Below the pieces are notes generated by a model. It saw nothing but the letters and a program-made list of their open reading frames with translations, did no database searches and was not told the origin of the DNA. Below, piece by piece: positions 7,479-16,905 of a DNA stretch of 19,794 bases (within the stretch, counting starts at the first letter, position 1; each line of letters starts with the position of its first letter). A program made the position numbers and the translations under genes. Source of the stretch: Chlamydiae bacterium RIFCSPHIGHO2_12_FULL_49_11 (GTDB taxonomy: Bacteria; Chlamydiota; Chlamydiia; Chlamydiales; 2-12-FULL-49-11). The stretch lies in the NCBI GenBank assembly GCA_001794905.1, contig MGLW01000031.1, positions 19,481 through 39,274 of the forward strand, given 5' to 3'.

Positions 7479-10313
7479 CTAATTACTTTGCTGATGCGCC
7501 TGATTTAATAAATCTATAATCTTCATCATAACTTGTCGATCTGAAAGCTTTACAATTTCCTGATATGCAAATTCTAGCGGCAATTTACCATCCGCATTTC
7601 TCTGACAGAGAACTTGATTCAAAACGCCCAACTGCGCTGCTGCTTGCAATAAAGCCCTAATAGCGTTAACATTTTTTCGTTCAATTGCAATGAATAACGG
7701 AGTCATGCCTTGATACAAGGTCCCCGCATAAATATGCAGCGGCAACCACATTTGTTCCGTTTTCATCAAAAGAAGAGATTCTAAAACCCCTACATTTTTA
7801 GATATCATTATCAATTTTTGCAATACATCGACTTCTTGGCTATTTTCTCGTATAGCTCCCATTAGCACATTCCAACCATTCAGCGAAGAATTTACACAGA
7901 ATGAAATGAGATTCTTTTCGGGAAAATTGAGATATAATTGTATCACTTCCCATTTTTCTGCGTAAAGTGCACAAAACAAAGGATTGTTATGGAACGATTT
8001 GAATGCAAACAATTCAGGAAGCATTTTCAAATGTCGAGCTAGCGTGATCAATTCTTGAACAACATCAAAATAATCACCGCAACCGACAAAATAAGTTAAA
8101 ATCCCTTCCTCTCCTGCGAAATGAATCGCTTCTCGCAATAGATTTTGTTCTTTTGCAAAATTGAGCACCTTCCGAAAAATTCCCAACTCTCCTCGCGCAA
8201 ATGCAGCAGAAAGAAGACCTATACCCACATCATACGCAGTAAACAAATCCGTCAAAACTCCCGCTTCTTGCGCCAATCCGACATATTTATTTATAAGCTC
8301 TTCACTGCCATGCCTCACAGCGTAAGCCACTGGATTCCAGTTATGTTTTCTTATTTTCGTGAATCGGCAGAACATAACTTTAACAAGGTTATGCTCCCTG
8401 GTAAAATCTAAAGCCTCATCATGAACTTCCGTCCAACCATGATTGGCCGCCGATAGGAAGAGAAAGAATAAAGCAGGCTCTGCATCAAGTTTCGTATCTC
8501 GATTTAAGAGTAACATCCCGTATATACCTTCCATTTTAGCGGCATCAAGGATAGCACGAATTACTTCGATATTATTACGCTCACACGAGGCGGCACGATG
8601 CAGCGCAGTGTCTCCTTTCTTGTCTAAAACAAGGAGAAGGTCATGTAGAACCCCTTCGTTCTGCGCTTGGACTAACACTTTCTGTACTTCACCCACTCCT
8701 TTACGAGCGGCGTGGTGTAAAGCAGTGCGGCCCTTGGGGTCGGTAGCAATGAGAGATGGTGCCGCAGCCGGGATCCCTATGGGAGAGACGGAAAGGGAGG
8801 AATCGGTAGATGAGAAGGAAAGGGTCGTATTAGAGGAGTGTGAAGAGGAAGCGACAGCGGTTTCAGCAGGGGTTTTGTGCGGAATGCTAGGAGGAAAAGA
8901 CGGTTCATCAGGCGTGAGGAGAGTGAGCCACTTTTGCCCATGATCATTGTCGTCCATGTAATGGACTGCAAGCGCATGCAACGTGTTTGTTTCTTTGCGG
9001 CGGGCTTCCCTTAAGAGGGATTCTGAATACCCCCGAAGTCCCGTTTCTTCGTAAGGATGATGCATGAGCTCCCCTAAAGCCTCTATAAGGCGGCCTCGCA
9101 CCTCTTCGCGGAGGGTACCGCGATATTCACCGGTTTGCGGAATATACCCCGCGCACCGGCAAAAGGTGTCTAAGAGCGCAAGCGCCCTTTTAGAGATACG
9201 CTCGTCGGAGGTAAATTTTAAAATGGAATCCAATGCTTCGATTTTGGCAAACTGAACGTGCCAATCGTCCTTGGAATCAAAGGCTAGAAATTCAAGAGCG
9301 CCATAATGAGCCCTCCCCTGCATTCCATGAAATTGCACCGCTAAAACGTCAAAATACCACCCGGAACTTAGGGAACGCGCTTTTTGCGAGACGAATTTCG
9401 CCGCATTGCCAAACTTTCCGGCGACGATTGACCCAACAATCTGAAAAAATTCAATGAAGGAATTTTGATCGGTATCCAAATGCTTCAGCGCCTCTTGCAG
9501 TACATCAATTGTAAATACCACGCGCGCATCGGCTGAAGACCGAATAATGCGCCCCCTCTCTTCACCGGCGATGTGCGAAAACTTGTCAATCGCTTCCTGC
9601 ATTTCCCGAATGACTTCTTCATAAAATCGAAGGGGTTCTTTGCTCCCCGACATGTAATTTTCTGCAAGAATACCCAATGTAAGATAACTTTGAATGACGC
9701 GAAGGAGTAAAAGCTTGGTTTCTTTGTCCACCAGCATCGCCCGATTGAAGGCATTCAAAAGGCGAAAGGCCACTGCAAACGGGAAATTTTCCCGCACCGG
9801 CTCTTGCCTTATACACCGGTCCGCAAAGGTAACCGTTGCTCTCCAAAGGGAATATAACAGCTCGTGCGACTCGACCGGCTGGACATCCAGAGCCTTCTCA
9901 ACAAATTTCGCTTCTTTTCCGAGCCGATCATACGGCGTCGTGTCCGGCGAACTCGGTCTTCTCTCGCGCACATTCCGGGCAAGTTGATCCTGAATGGCTC
10001 TTACAAGCGAAGAATCGATAGTCCCCCGCCTCTGATTGTCCAAATGGAGCGCTATCAGGGTCGTATTGGAATGGAGGGCATCGCTGAGCTCTCTTGCCCC
10101 CACATTCCCGACAACGTTCCCCGTCAAATTCAACGACGTTAAAACTCTATTCTCACGAAGCATCTGGGCAATCAGCTTCGCCGACTCGTTGCCGATGTTA
10201 TTGTCCGATAAGTCAAGTTCGGTAACCTGTGAATCGCCGGCAAGCTCGTTCATTACGCGGCTGACATTACCGGAATCGTAACCCTGATTACTGAGATTGA
10301 GCACTAGTGACAT
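7479..10313 (-). CDS. RI-type leucine-rich-repeat + helical domain + ankyrin-repeat protein (~944 aa); candidate effector
   Basis: N-terminal LRR_RI motifs (VTELDLSDNNIGNESAKLIAQML, LTSLNLTGNVVGNVGARELSDAL), a Ser-rich linker and C-terminal ankyrins (GRTALHHAA, GDTALHRAA, GMTPLFIAI, GKLPLEFA). The start was moved to ATG 10313 (AGGGGG RBS) because the track's TTG at 10391 is the -35 box. Confidence 0.9.
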   Translation of the reverse strand: MSLVLNLSNQGYDSGNVSRVMNELAGDSQVTELDLSDNNIGNESAKLIAQMLRENRVLTSLNLTGNVVGNVGARELSDALHSNTTLIALHLDNQRRGTIDSSLVRAIQDQLARNVRERRPSSPDTTPYDRLGKEAKFVEKALDVQPVESHELLYSLWRATVTFADRCIRQEPVRENFPFAVAFRLLNAFNRAMLVDKETKLLLLRVIQSYLTLGILAENYMSGSKEPLRFYEEVIREMQEAIDKFSHIAGEERGRIIRSSADARVVFTIDVLQEALKHLDTDQNSFIEFFQIVGSIVAGKFGNAAKFVSQKARSLSSGWYFDVLAVQFHGMQGRAHYGALEFLAFDSKDDWHVQFAKIEALDSILKFTSDERISKRALALLDTFCRCAGYIPQTGEYRGTLREEVRGRLIEALGELMHHPYEETGLRGYSESLLREARRKETNTLHALAVHYMDDNDHGQKWLTLLTPDEPSFPPSIPHKTPAETAVASSSHSSNTTLSFSSTDSSLSVSPIGIPAAAPSLIATDPKGRTALHHAARKGVGEVQKVLVQAQNEGVLHDLLLVLDKKGDTALHRAASCERNNIEVIRAILDAAKMEGIYGMLLLNRDTKLDAEPALFFLFLSAANHGWTEVHDEALDFTREHNLVKVMFCRFTKIRKHNWNPVAYAVRHGSEELINKYVGLAQEAGVLTDLFTAYDVGIGLLSAAFARGELGIFRKVLNFAKEQNLLREAIHFAGEEGILTYFVGCGDYFDVVQELITLARHLKMLPELFAFKSFHNNPLFCALYAEKWEVIQLYLNFPEKNLISFCVNSSLNGWNVLMGAIRENSQEVDVLQKLIMISKNVGVLESLLLMKTEQMWLPLHIYAGTLYQGMTPLFIAIERKNVNAIRALLQAAAQLGVLNQVLCQRNADGKLPLEFAYQEIVKLSDRQVMMKIIDLLNQAHQQSN

Positions 10314-10362
10314 TTTGGAACCCCCTGCAGGCCGGAAGATATATTGATAATTTCTTAATGAA

Positions 10363-10391
10363 ATGGTAGAACATAAAGGAAATTTATGCAA
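10363..10391 (-). promoter_or_regulatory. Sigma70/sigma66 promoter of the LRR-ankyrin gene
   Basis: TTGCAT (10391-10386), a 17-nt spacer, then TACCAT (10368-10363). Confidence 0.55.
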
Positions 10392-10458
10392 TAAAGAAAT
10401 TTAAAAAATGGCTTCATACCAAACGCAAGAAATACTTTCATTCCTATAAGCATAAAAT

Positions 10459-11892
10459 TTATTCTAAAAGCTTACTAAAATCGATAACCTTATCGAAATA
10501 TCCGCGGTCTAAAACGCTATCTTCTACACCATTCACATGGATAAGTCCTGGCCGAATTGAAAATCTCTTCGGAACTTTTAACCGTCGTGTCTTTTCTTCC
10601 ATCTCTTCAATAACCTTAGGCCCTACGGGATTTTTCGCAAATTTTACCTCGCAAATATAAAGAGTATTGAAACGCGTCTGCACCATGTAATCGATCTGAC
10701 ATCCAGCTTGTCTTGCAGATGAATTCTGGAAAAAAGGACCATCCATTACAATTTCTTCAGGAGGTATCCCCATCATTTCCCAGAGAATCTTCCGGTTGTG
10801 GGTCACCAGGTTCTCAAATTGCAATCCCATTACTCCATCCCAGCCTAATAAACTAGATAACATGAAGTTTGAGAAGCCTCCCCTATCGATTTTTGCATGA
10901 TTAGGAGCGATGTATTTTAAGTAAAATCTTAGATAGTTATCACTGAGCCGATACCGACTCAACTTACTTATCTTCCCGCTTTTCAAATGCCATGCGAAAT
11001 CTCTCTGCACAAATCCTGCTTTCACTAATTCATCTAGATGTTTGCTATATCTGCCGCCTTGATTCTTTCCTAATTCCTTACAGATTTGTATCAGCTCTTT
11101 GGGACCGTCTGCCAGACAATTGATGATTTGTCGATGGGTCGCAATACTACGAGAAAAAATATCAGAAAATATTTCTTCAAATTCCTTAACGAGAAGTCCC
11201 CCTTTCGTGAAGCATAAATCTCGTATATTTTGCTCTGCTGGTAAATCAGGCCTAATTTGTTCTAAATAGAGGGGCACTCCCCCCATGATAGAGAGCAGCT
11301 TGAATTTTTCATAAGCAGAAACTCTTTTTTCTTTGGGATGCCAAAAGGCATTGCAAACATTTAAAGGGAGCTCCTCAAGGACTAAATCGATTGTCACTCT
11401 ACCCACAAAACCTGTGCTACTCAGAATATTCTCTTCGATCCACGAAGAAATGGAGCCACATAAAATGAGAATTAATTGGGAATTTTTACTGAAGTACATA
11501 TCCCAGGAATTCTTGAGCTTTCCTAAGAATTCCGAATCCTTATTGCCCATCCATGAAATTTCATCCAATACGATCAGAATTCGTCCCTTTTCCGTATGCT
11601 TTGAAAGTTGCCAAAACATATTGCCCCAATCATCCGGATGAACGCCTGGAATTCCTGCTCTTGACAGTTGACGGACGAATTCATCGCGCTGTAATTGCGC
11701 CGTTGTCTTTCGACTGGGTGGAGTACCTGTAAAAAAGAAGCTCTTCATCTCTTTCCCAAATTCAGAAAGAAGTCTGCTTTTTCCAATCCGTCGACGTCCT
11801 CTAACCACTATAAGGCTCGCACTTTTCTTCTTTAAAAGCCCCTTTAGTCGCTCCATCTCGGCTTCTCGACCAATAAATGATGATTGATGCAT
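10459..11892 (-). CDS. AAA-family ATPase (ATPase_2/archaeal ATPase type) with winged helix and C-terminal DUF234-like PD-(D/E)xK domain
   Basis: FIGREAE start, Walker A GRRRIGKS, Walker B ILIVLDEI, GGVPLYL, YRLSDNYLRFY and C-terminal QIDY...ICEVKF; GGGGG RBS. Confidence 0.92.
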   Translation of the reverse strand: MHQSSFIGREAEMERLKGLLKKKSASLIVVRGRRRIGKSRLLSEFGKEMKSFFFTGTPPSRKTTAQLQRDEFVRQLSRAGIPGVHPDDWGNMFWQLSKHTEKGRILIVLDEISWMGNKDSEFLGKLKNSWDMYFSKNSQLILILCGSISSWIEENILSSTGFVGRVTIDLVLEELPLNVCNAFWHPKEKRVSAYEKFKLLSIMGGVPLYLEQIRPDLPAEQNIRDLCFTKGGLLVKEFEEIFSDIFSRSIATHRQIINCLADGPKELIQICKELGKNQGGRYSKHLDELVKAGFVQRDFAWHLKSGKISKLSRYRLSDNYLRFYLKYIAPNHAKIDRGGFSNFMLSSLLGWDGVMGLQFENLVTHNRKILWEMMGIPPEEIVMDGPFFQNSSARQAGCQIDYMVQTRFNTLYICEVKFAKNPVGPKVIEEMEEKTRRLKVPKRFSIRPGLIHVNGVEDSVLDRGYFDKVIDFSKLLE

Positions 11893-11917
11893 TAAAGATC
11901 CCCCTTTTAAAAATTAC

Positions 11918-11946
11918 ATCATAGACAAATCCGTGTATGAAATCAA
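11918..11946 (-). promoter_or_regulatory. Sigma70/sigma66 promoter of the AAA-ATPase gene
   Basis: TTGATT (11946-11941), a 17-nt spacer, then TATGAT (11923-11918). Confidence 0.6.
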
Positions 11947-11947
11947 T

Positions 11948-12008
11948 CTGCAAATATGCATTTGCATGTTTGCAGCCGCTTTTTAGGGTTCTTTAAAGCG
12001 GCCGCAAA
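11948..12008. repeat. Two overlapping inverted repeats just upstream of the ATPase promoter
   Basis: CTGCAAATATGC/GCATGTTTGCAG (11948-11975, 11/12) and TTTGCAGCCGCTTT/AAAGCGGCCGCAAA (11969-12008, 13/14). Confidence 0.7.
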
Positions 12009-12254
12009 TTAGCTTTTTCCTATTTACGGACTAATTTTTAGGTAAGGAAAAAGATCCGAAAAACAAGCAAGAGCATTTTATAGGTTCACTTTTAGGCGAA
12101 TAGGATTAGATAGTGCCTTCACAGGTCTTGGAATGTAAGGGTGGGGCAAAAGCGTGCACTCATCCTCATGAGAAATTATTTTACGGGACGCCCTAGCGTT
12201 TCATACAGGTGGTTAGAGGTCGGGGAGGACGCTTGGTCTTCCCCTGAATCGCCT

Positions 12255-12809
12255 CTAAATTTTGATGTAAGAGTCGCCCGGTTTGCCGCCGCTGCCCGGT
12301 TTGGGCCCGGTAGGGTGCTGGATTCCACCGCCTGCCCCGCCGGCCATCCCCGGTGTCGGGAACTTCGGACCGTCACGGTCTTTGTCAAAGGTGCCGTCGA
12401 TGATTTTTTGCAAAATGTCGCGCCACTTCTCGACCGCTTCGACAAAAATGGGGGCAAAACGACGCAGCGCCAGCACATCGGCATTTTCCATCTCAAGCAC
12501 GCAATGCATCAAAATCAGCTCTTCTTTAACCGCTACCCCAACGCCGCCGCCTGCCATGTGACCGCCCAGCATTGAGCCTTCAAGCAGTGTCTCATATAAA
12601 ACAAGGCGCGATTTCGCATCTTGTGGAAGCCCGTCAAGAAGAGGAGAATAAAGATATAATCTCCTCGAATTGGGCTCATACGTGATGTGCAAAGAAAACT
12701 TGTTGTCAATCCCCAAGATACAGGTGTTATTTTCATCAAATTGCAATCCTTCAAGATTGAGCTCTTTCCCAAATTCCTTTAAGTTCTGTTCAGCGTTTTC
12801 AAAAGACAT
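12255..12809 (-). CDS. slc1: Type III secretion class I chaperone, Slc1/CT043 (SycE/CesT family)
   Basis: Closely resembles chlamydial CT043 (NAEQNLKEF, FDENNTCIL, LYLYSPLLDGLP, LLEGSMLGGHMAGGGVGVA..ELILMHCVL). AAGGAGG RBS; adjacent to glgX as in Chlamydia. Confidence 0.93.
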   Translation of the reverse strand: MSFENAEQNLKEFGKELNLEGLQFDENNTCILGIDNKFSLHITYEPNSRRLYLYSPLLDGLPQDAKSRLVLYETLLEGSMLGGHMAGGGVGVAVKEELILMHCVLEMENADVLALRRFAPIFVEAVEKWRDILQKIIDGTFDKDRDGPKFPTPGMAGGAGGGIQHPTGPKPGSGGKPGDSYIKI

Positions 12810-12933
12810 CCGTCCTCCTTAAAAATTAAATCCTCTCGCTCCATGATTCGTAAAATCACGTTCGTCATCAGTCTATCAGAGTTGCAAATTTTTTCCTATG
12901 AAATTTCCCGTGAAAACGATAATCTTTGGGTTT

Positions 12934-14754
12934 ATGGCACCCGGCTTCTTCGACCGGCTCTTTAAAAGAGAGCCTTCCACATCTTCACTTACCTTTGCTC
13001 TCGATAGCCCGAAAGCAGACCGCGTAAGCCTCCTTCTCCTCTCCCCGAAAGACGGTAGCGTCATCAAAAAAGTGGCTATGGAACCCGATGGGGAACGCCT
13101 TTTCAGCTGCGCCGTTTCCGAGGTGAATGACGATATGCACTACCTTTTCGAACTAGACGACAAAACCAGGGTCCTTGACCCGTACGGCCTTGCCCTCAAC
13201 ACTACAAACAAATGGAATGATTTTCCCGAAACCCTCAAAAATACCCTCGTCCTTGACCGGACTTTCAATTGGGGGCGCTCCAAACGGCCCGCATTGAAAC
13301 AGGAAGAGGTGGTAATCTATGAGATGCACGTGCGCGGCTTCACGAAACACCCGTCCTCGGAGGTAAAAAATCCGGGCACGTACCTCGGCATCGTCGACAA
13401 AATCCCCTACCTGAAAAAATTGGGCGTCACTGCCATCGAACTCCTCCCCGTCTTTGAATTTTGCGAGGTGGAGAATCCCCGTACCAATCCCATCACGGGA
13501 GAGAGGCTATATAATGTCTGGGGATACAATACGGTGAACTTTTTCACCCCGATGAAACGGTATGCGGCAGGGGAAAAAAACGACGCGGCAATTGTAGAAT
13601 TGAAAGAGCTTGTGCGCGCCTGCCACGAAGAAAAGATGGAAGTGTACCTGGATGTAGTCTACAACCACGCCTCCCCCCTCTCCACCCTGTCCGAAATCGA
13701 CAAGGAAGCATATTTTATCTTGAGCGACAAGGGCGAACATTCCAATTACACGGGGTGCGGCAATTCGATCCAGGCAAACCATCCAAAAACCATGCGGTGG
13801 ATCTTGAATTCCCTCCGCTATTTCACCTCCGAATTCATGATCGACGGCTTCCGCTTTGACCTTGCCTCCACGATGGTCAGGGGAAAAACAGGGGCGCCAC
13901 TGAAAAATCCGCCTCTCTTCCAAGCCATCAAAACCGACCCGGTCCTCTCTCCCCTCAAATGGTTCATGGAACCGTGGGACCCGGGAGGCCTTTACCAGGT
14001 CGGATCGTTTCCGATGAAAACGGCACTCGAGTGGAACGACGCGTTTCAAAGACCGATCCGCTCTTTCATCCGCGGCGACAAGGGAAGCAGCAAAGGAGCC
14101 ACTTTGGCATTGCAAGGTTCTCCCCACATATACCAGGACAGGTGGAGCGTCCACTATGTCTGCACCCACGACGGCTTCACCCTGCACGACCTTGTGAGTT
14201 ATACTAGAAAACATAACGAAGCCAACGGAGAAGAAAACAGGGACGGGATGGACTACAACATTTCGGCAAACGGCGGGTTTGAAGGCGTGGTACGCGATCC
14301 AAGCATCCTGCACCACAGAGCCAAGCAGATGAAAAATTTTATGACGGCGCTTGCCGTCACGCCGACCGTTCCGATGATGCACATGGGCGACGAAATGGGC
14401 CATACCCAAAACGGCAATAACAACGCCTACCCGCAAGACGACGGAACGGGTGATATCGATTGGGAAAGAGGAAAAATATACGAATCGCTCATCGAATACA
14501 CATCGAAATTGTTTGGGCTGCGCTCCAAATGGATGTCGGGACAACATAAACTCACGGCGACCGTCATTTCGGCACGCCTCGTGAAAATCGTCATCGGAAA
14601 AACCTATGTTGTCTATTTCAACGTGAATAATACCAATCGTCCCGTGGTGCGAAAAAATATCTCTTCGGTCATCGTGACCACTGACCGGCTGCGGGAAGAG
14701 AACGATTCGCTCATCATGCAACCTTACTCATCTTTTATAGGAAAAAAATCATGA
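12934..14754 (+). CDS. glgX: Glycogen debranching enzyme / isoamylase (GH13 with N-terminal CBM48)
   Basis: YEMHVRGFT, GVTAIELLPV, WGYNT and DVVYNH motifs, with catalytic GFRFDLA / EPWD / HDGFTLHDLVSY..KHN and GNNNAY. The start is either ATG 12934 or ATG 12898. Confidence 0.95.
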   Translation: MAPGFFDRLFKREPSTSSLTFALDSPKADRVSLLLLSPKDGSVIKKVAMEPDGERLFSCAVSEVNDDMHYLFELDDKTRVLDPYGLALNTTNKWNDFPETLKNTLVLDRTFNWGRSKRPALKQEEVVIYEMHVRGFTKHPSSEVKNPGTYLGIVDKIPYLKKLGVTAIELLPVFEFCEVENPRTNPITGERLYNVWGYNTVNFFTPMKRYAAGEKNDAAIVELKELVRACHEEKMEVYLDVVYNHASPLSTLSEIDKEAYFILSDKGEHSNYTGCGNSIQANHPKTMRWILNSLRYFTSEFMIDGFRFDLASTMVRGKTGAPLKNPPLFQAIKTDPVLSPLKWFMEPWDPGGLYQVGSFPMKTALEWNDAFQRPIRSFIRGDKGSSKGATLALQGSPHIYQDRWSVHYVCTHDGFTLHDLVSYTRKHNEANGEENRDGMDYNISANGGFEGVVRDPSILHHRAKQMKNFMTALAVTPTVPMMHMGDEMGHTQNGNNNAYPQDDGTGDIDWERGKIYESLIEYTSKLFGLRSKWMSGQHKLTATVISARLVKIVIGKTYVVYFNVNNTNRPVVRKNISSVIVTTDRLREENDSLIMQPYSSFIGKKS

Positions 14755-15353
14755 AAACCCTCTACGCTTTTTTGCTTATCATTTTTGCCTCTTGCACTCC
14801 CGATAAGAGCGCGATGCAATCAACCCACACCAGCGACGGAATGGTCAAACCAAAAATCGCCTTCATTGCCGTGGGAGACACGAAAACCCACTGGGCCGGC
14901 ACCATGACACGCGCGCATCTCGAGTCGTGCGGCCTGTTTTACATGACCGCCGAAGACGAATTTCTCGATGCCGCACACTTCGATCATTGCGGTGTCGATC
15001 CGTTTGCCGAGGGTAACGCGTGGCTTTCCGAAATCGAAACGAGCAGCGAATTTTTCGTCTTCGTCCATCTTGACCTGGACGAAAAAAAACCGCTGCCGCA
15101 AGGGTGGTATCACCGGCTTTTCCCGTTTCACAAAAAATACAGCGCCCTTGTCAAACTCAAGGTGGTGGATATGCGACACCACGCCGCCACTACTATATTG
15201 CAGGAAAATTTCCGAATTGAAGAGAAGGCTCTCGATATCGAACGATTTCCCGCTTATCTCACGCGTAGCGTCTATTCGGAAAGAAATAGCGTCGTACAGG
15301 AAATGACGAAGGAAATGTACCTCTACATCCAGATGGCAAAATGGCAAACATGA
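14751..15353 (+). CDS. Lipoprotein, CT253-like
   Basis: Lipobox IFAS-C after a hydrophobic leader; ATGA overlap with the glgX stop; lies before a CPBP gene as in the chlamydial CT253-CT254 pair. Confidence 0.75.
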   Translation: MKTLYAFLLIIFASCTPDKSAMQSTHTSDGMVKPKIAFIAVGDTKTHWAGTMTRAHLESCGLFYMTAEDEFLDAAHFDHCGVDPFAEGNAWLSEIETSSEFFVFVHLDLDEKKPLPQGWYHRLFPFHKKYSALVKLKVVDMRHHAATTILQENFRIEEKALDIERFPAYLTRSVYSERNSVVQEMTKEMYLYIQMAKWQT

Positions 15354-16195
15354 CCGAAGGCGCGCAGGAACTCATTTTTTTTATTATTTTCCTTATAGTC
15401 GGCCTCGTTTCCTTTTGGACCCTCAGATTAAAAGGGGTTTTCCATTTGCAAGGAACGCGATTTCTCGGCCCCCATCTCACGGGTATGCATCTGTGTGCCG
15501 TTTTTGGCATCGTTCTCACCGGTTTTTTTGTCCTCCCCCTTTTTTTTGCTTTGCTCACTCCGCAAATCCCCCTCCCCTTCATCGCTTGGGCTCCCTATAT
15601 GCAAATCGGAATTTATCTTATTTGCTCCGCCGGATTTTTGGGAGTATTTCAGAGCCGTTTTCCTGACTTAAAGCGCATCCTCCGCGACCGCTTATTTCCG
15701 CATAAAATGTCCCTCGCACAAGAAATCAAACTCGGTTTTGTTTCGCTTTTCACAGGATTTTTTCTTGTCGCTGCCCTCTCGATCGCCGTAGAAACTTTCT
15801 GCGAGCTGATTTTCGGCCCTTTCGAATTCAAACAAAATGCGCTCCGCATGATGCAGGAAGCTCTGCAAAACAAAATCGGCCTCGTTGGCGCCCTCGTCAT
15901 GGCACTTCTATTCGCTCCGGTATTCGAAGAATTCATTTTCCGCGGCATTTTGCAAACGTATCTCCGCCGCCGGCTTTCCCCTGCAGGGATCATCCTGACA
16001 AGCGCTCTTGTCTTTTCCCTCTTCCACATCGCTGCCGATCAGGGCATTTCCAACATCCCTCTCTGTACATCTCTCTTCCTCCTTGCACTCTTCTTGGGTT
16101 TTTGTTATGAGAAGAGCCGCAGCCTAATTCCCTCAATTATTTTGCACGTGACATTCAATTGCATAAATGTTATGCGTGTCTTATGGTCGCTCTAA
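15341..16195 (+). CDS. CPBP (CAAX protease/Abi) family intramembrane metalloprotease, CT254-like
   Basis: Multi-pass membrane protein with motifs EEFIFRG, FSLFH and HVTFN. Confidence 0.92.
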   Translation: MANMTEGAQELIFFIIFLIVGLVSFWTLRLKGVFHLQGTRFLGPHLTGMHLCAVFGIVLTGFFVLPLFFALLTPQIPLPFIAWAPYMQIGIYLICSAGFLGVFQSRFPDLKRILRDRLFPHKMSLAQEIKLGFVSLFTGFFLVAALSIAVETFCELIFGPFEFKQNALRMMQEALQNKIGLVGALVMALLFAPVFEEFIFRGILQTYLRRRLSPAGIILTSALVFSLFHIAADQGISNIPLCTSLFLLALFLGFCYEKSRSLIPSIILHVTFNCINVMRVLWSL

Positions 16196-16905
16196 AAATT
16201 GAAAGCTTTGCCCTCTCTGATCAGGGACTCGTCCGCGCCACTAATGAAGATGCATTTGCAAAAATGCAGGAAGAAGGGATTTTTATTCTCGCAGACGGAC
16301 TCGGCGGCCACAATGCGGGCGAAATTGCCGCATCTTCTGCCGTCGAATATATGCTCCGCGAAATTCAGACTCTCCGTCTTTTTCAAAAACAGAACATCGA
16401 TTTATCCGACCAGTCGGTGCTCGACTTTCTCGACACTTCCATGCAGAACACAAACTTGTGGATTTATCAACTTAGCATTTCGAACCCATACCTGCATGGG
16501 ATGGGCACAACACTTTCCCTCCTCTACCGTCATAACGACAAGCTCTACCTTGCCCACATCGGAGATAGCCGCATTTACCGCTTTCGCAAAGAGTACCTGG
16601 CGCTTCTCACCGAAGATCACGTCCACGACATGACGGGACAAGGCCCCGGGAAAAAAGTTCTCTCTCAAGCGATCGGTACTTCGCTCAAGGTGAGGCCTCA
16701 AACTCAAAAAATCACTTACATGCACGACGACATTTTCCTCCTCTGCTCGGACGGCCTGTCGGACCTTGTGAGCGAAGAAGAGATTCTCCGCCTCATGGAC
16801 ACTTCCGCTGCCCTTGATACAATCGCTCAAAACTTGATCGCCTCTGCCAAAAAAAGCGGTGGATATGATAACATCACTCTGATGTTAATCCGAATAGTTG
16901 CATGA
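16183..16905 (+). CDS. PP2C-type Ser/Thr protein phosphatase (CT259/CppA-like)
   Basis: SDQGLVRATNED, ADGLGGH, GMGTT, HIGDSR, LLCSDGL and GGYDNIT motifs. ATG 16183 is preferred over the track's TTG at 16159. Confidence 0.95.
   Translation: MVALKIESFALSDQGLVRATNEDAFAKMQEEGIFILADGLGGHNAGEIAASSAVEYMLREIQTLRLFQKQNIDLSDQSVLDFLDTSMQNTNLWIYQLSISNPYLHGMGTTLSLLYRHNDKLYLAHIGDSRIYRFRKEYLALLTEDHVHDMTGQGPGKKVLSQAIGTSLKVRPQTQKITYMHDDIFLLCSDGLSDLVSEEEILRLMDTSAALDTIAQNLIASAKKSGGYDNITLMLIRIVA

Noticed and set aside
10314-10391. N-terminal 26-aa extension of the LRR-ankyrin ORF from TTG 10391
   Set aside because: This stretch contains the promoter boxes and the RBS, so ATG 10313 is the better start.
12141-12575. 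Plus-strand ORFs overlapping slc1
   Set aside because: Antisense to a well-conserved gene, in its GC-rich Gly/Pro tail.
13507-14721. 404-aa minus-strand ORF
   Set aside because: It is the antisense shadow of glgX, with no recognisable motifs.
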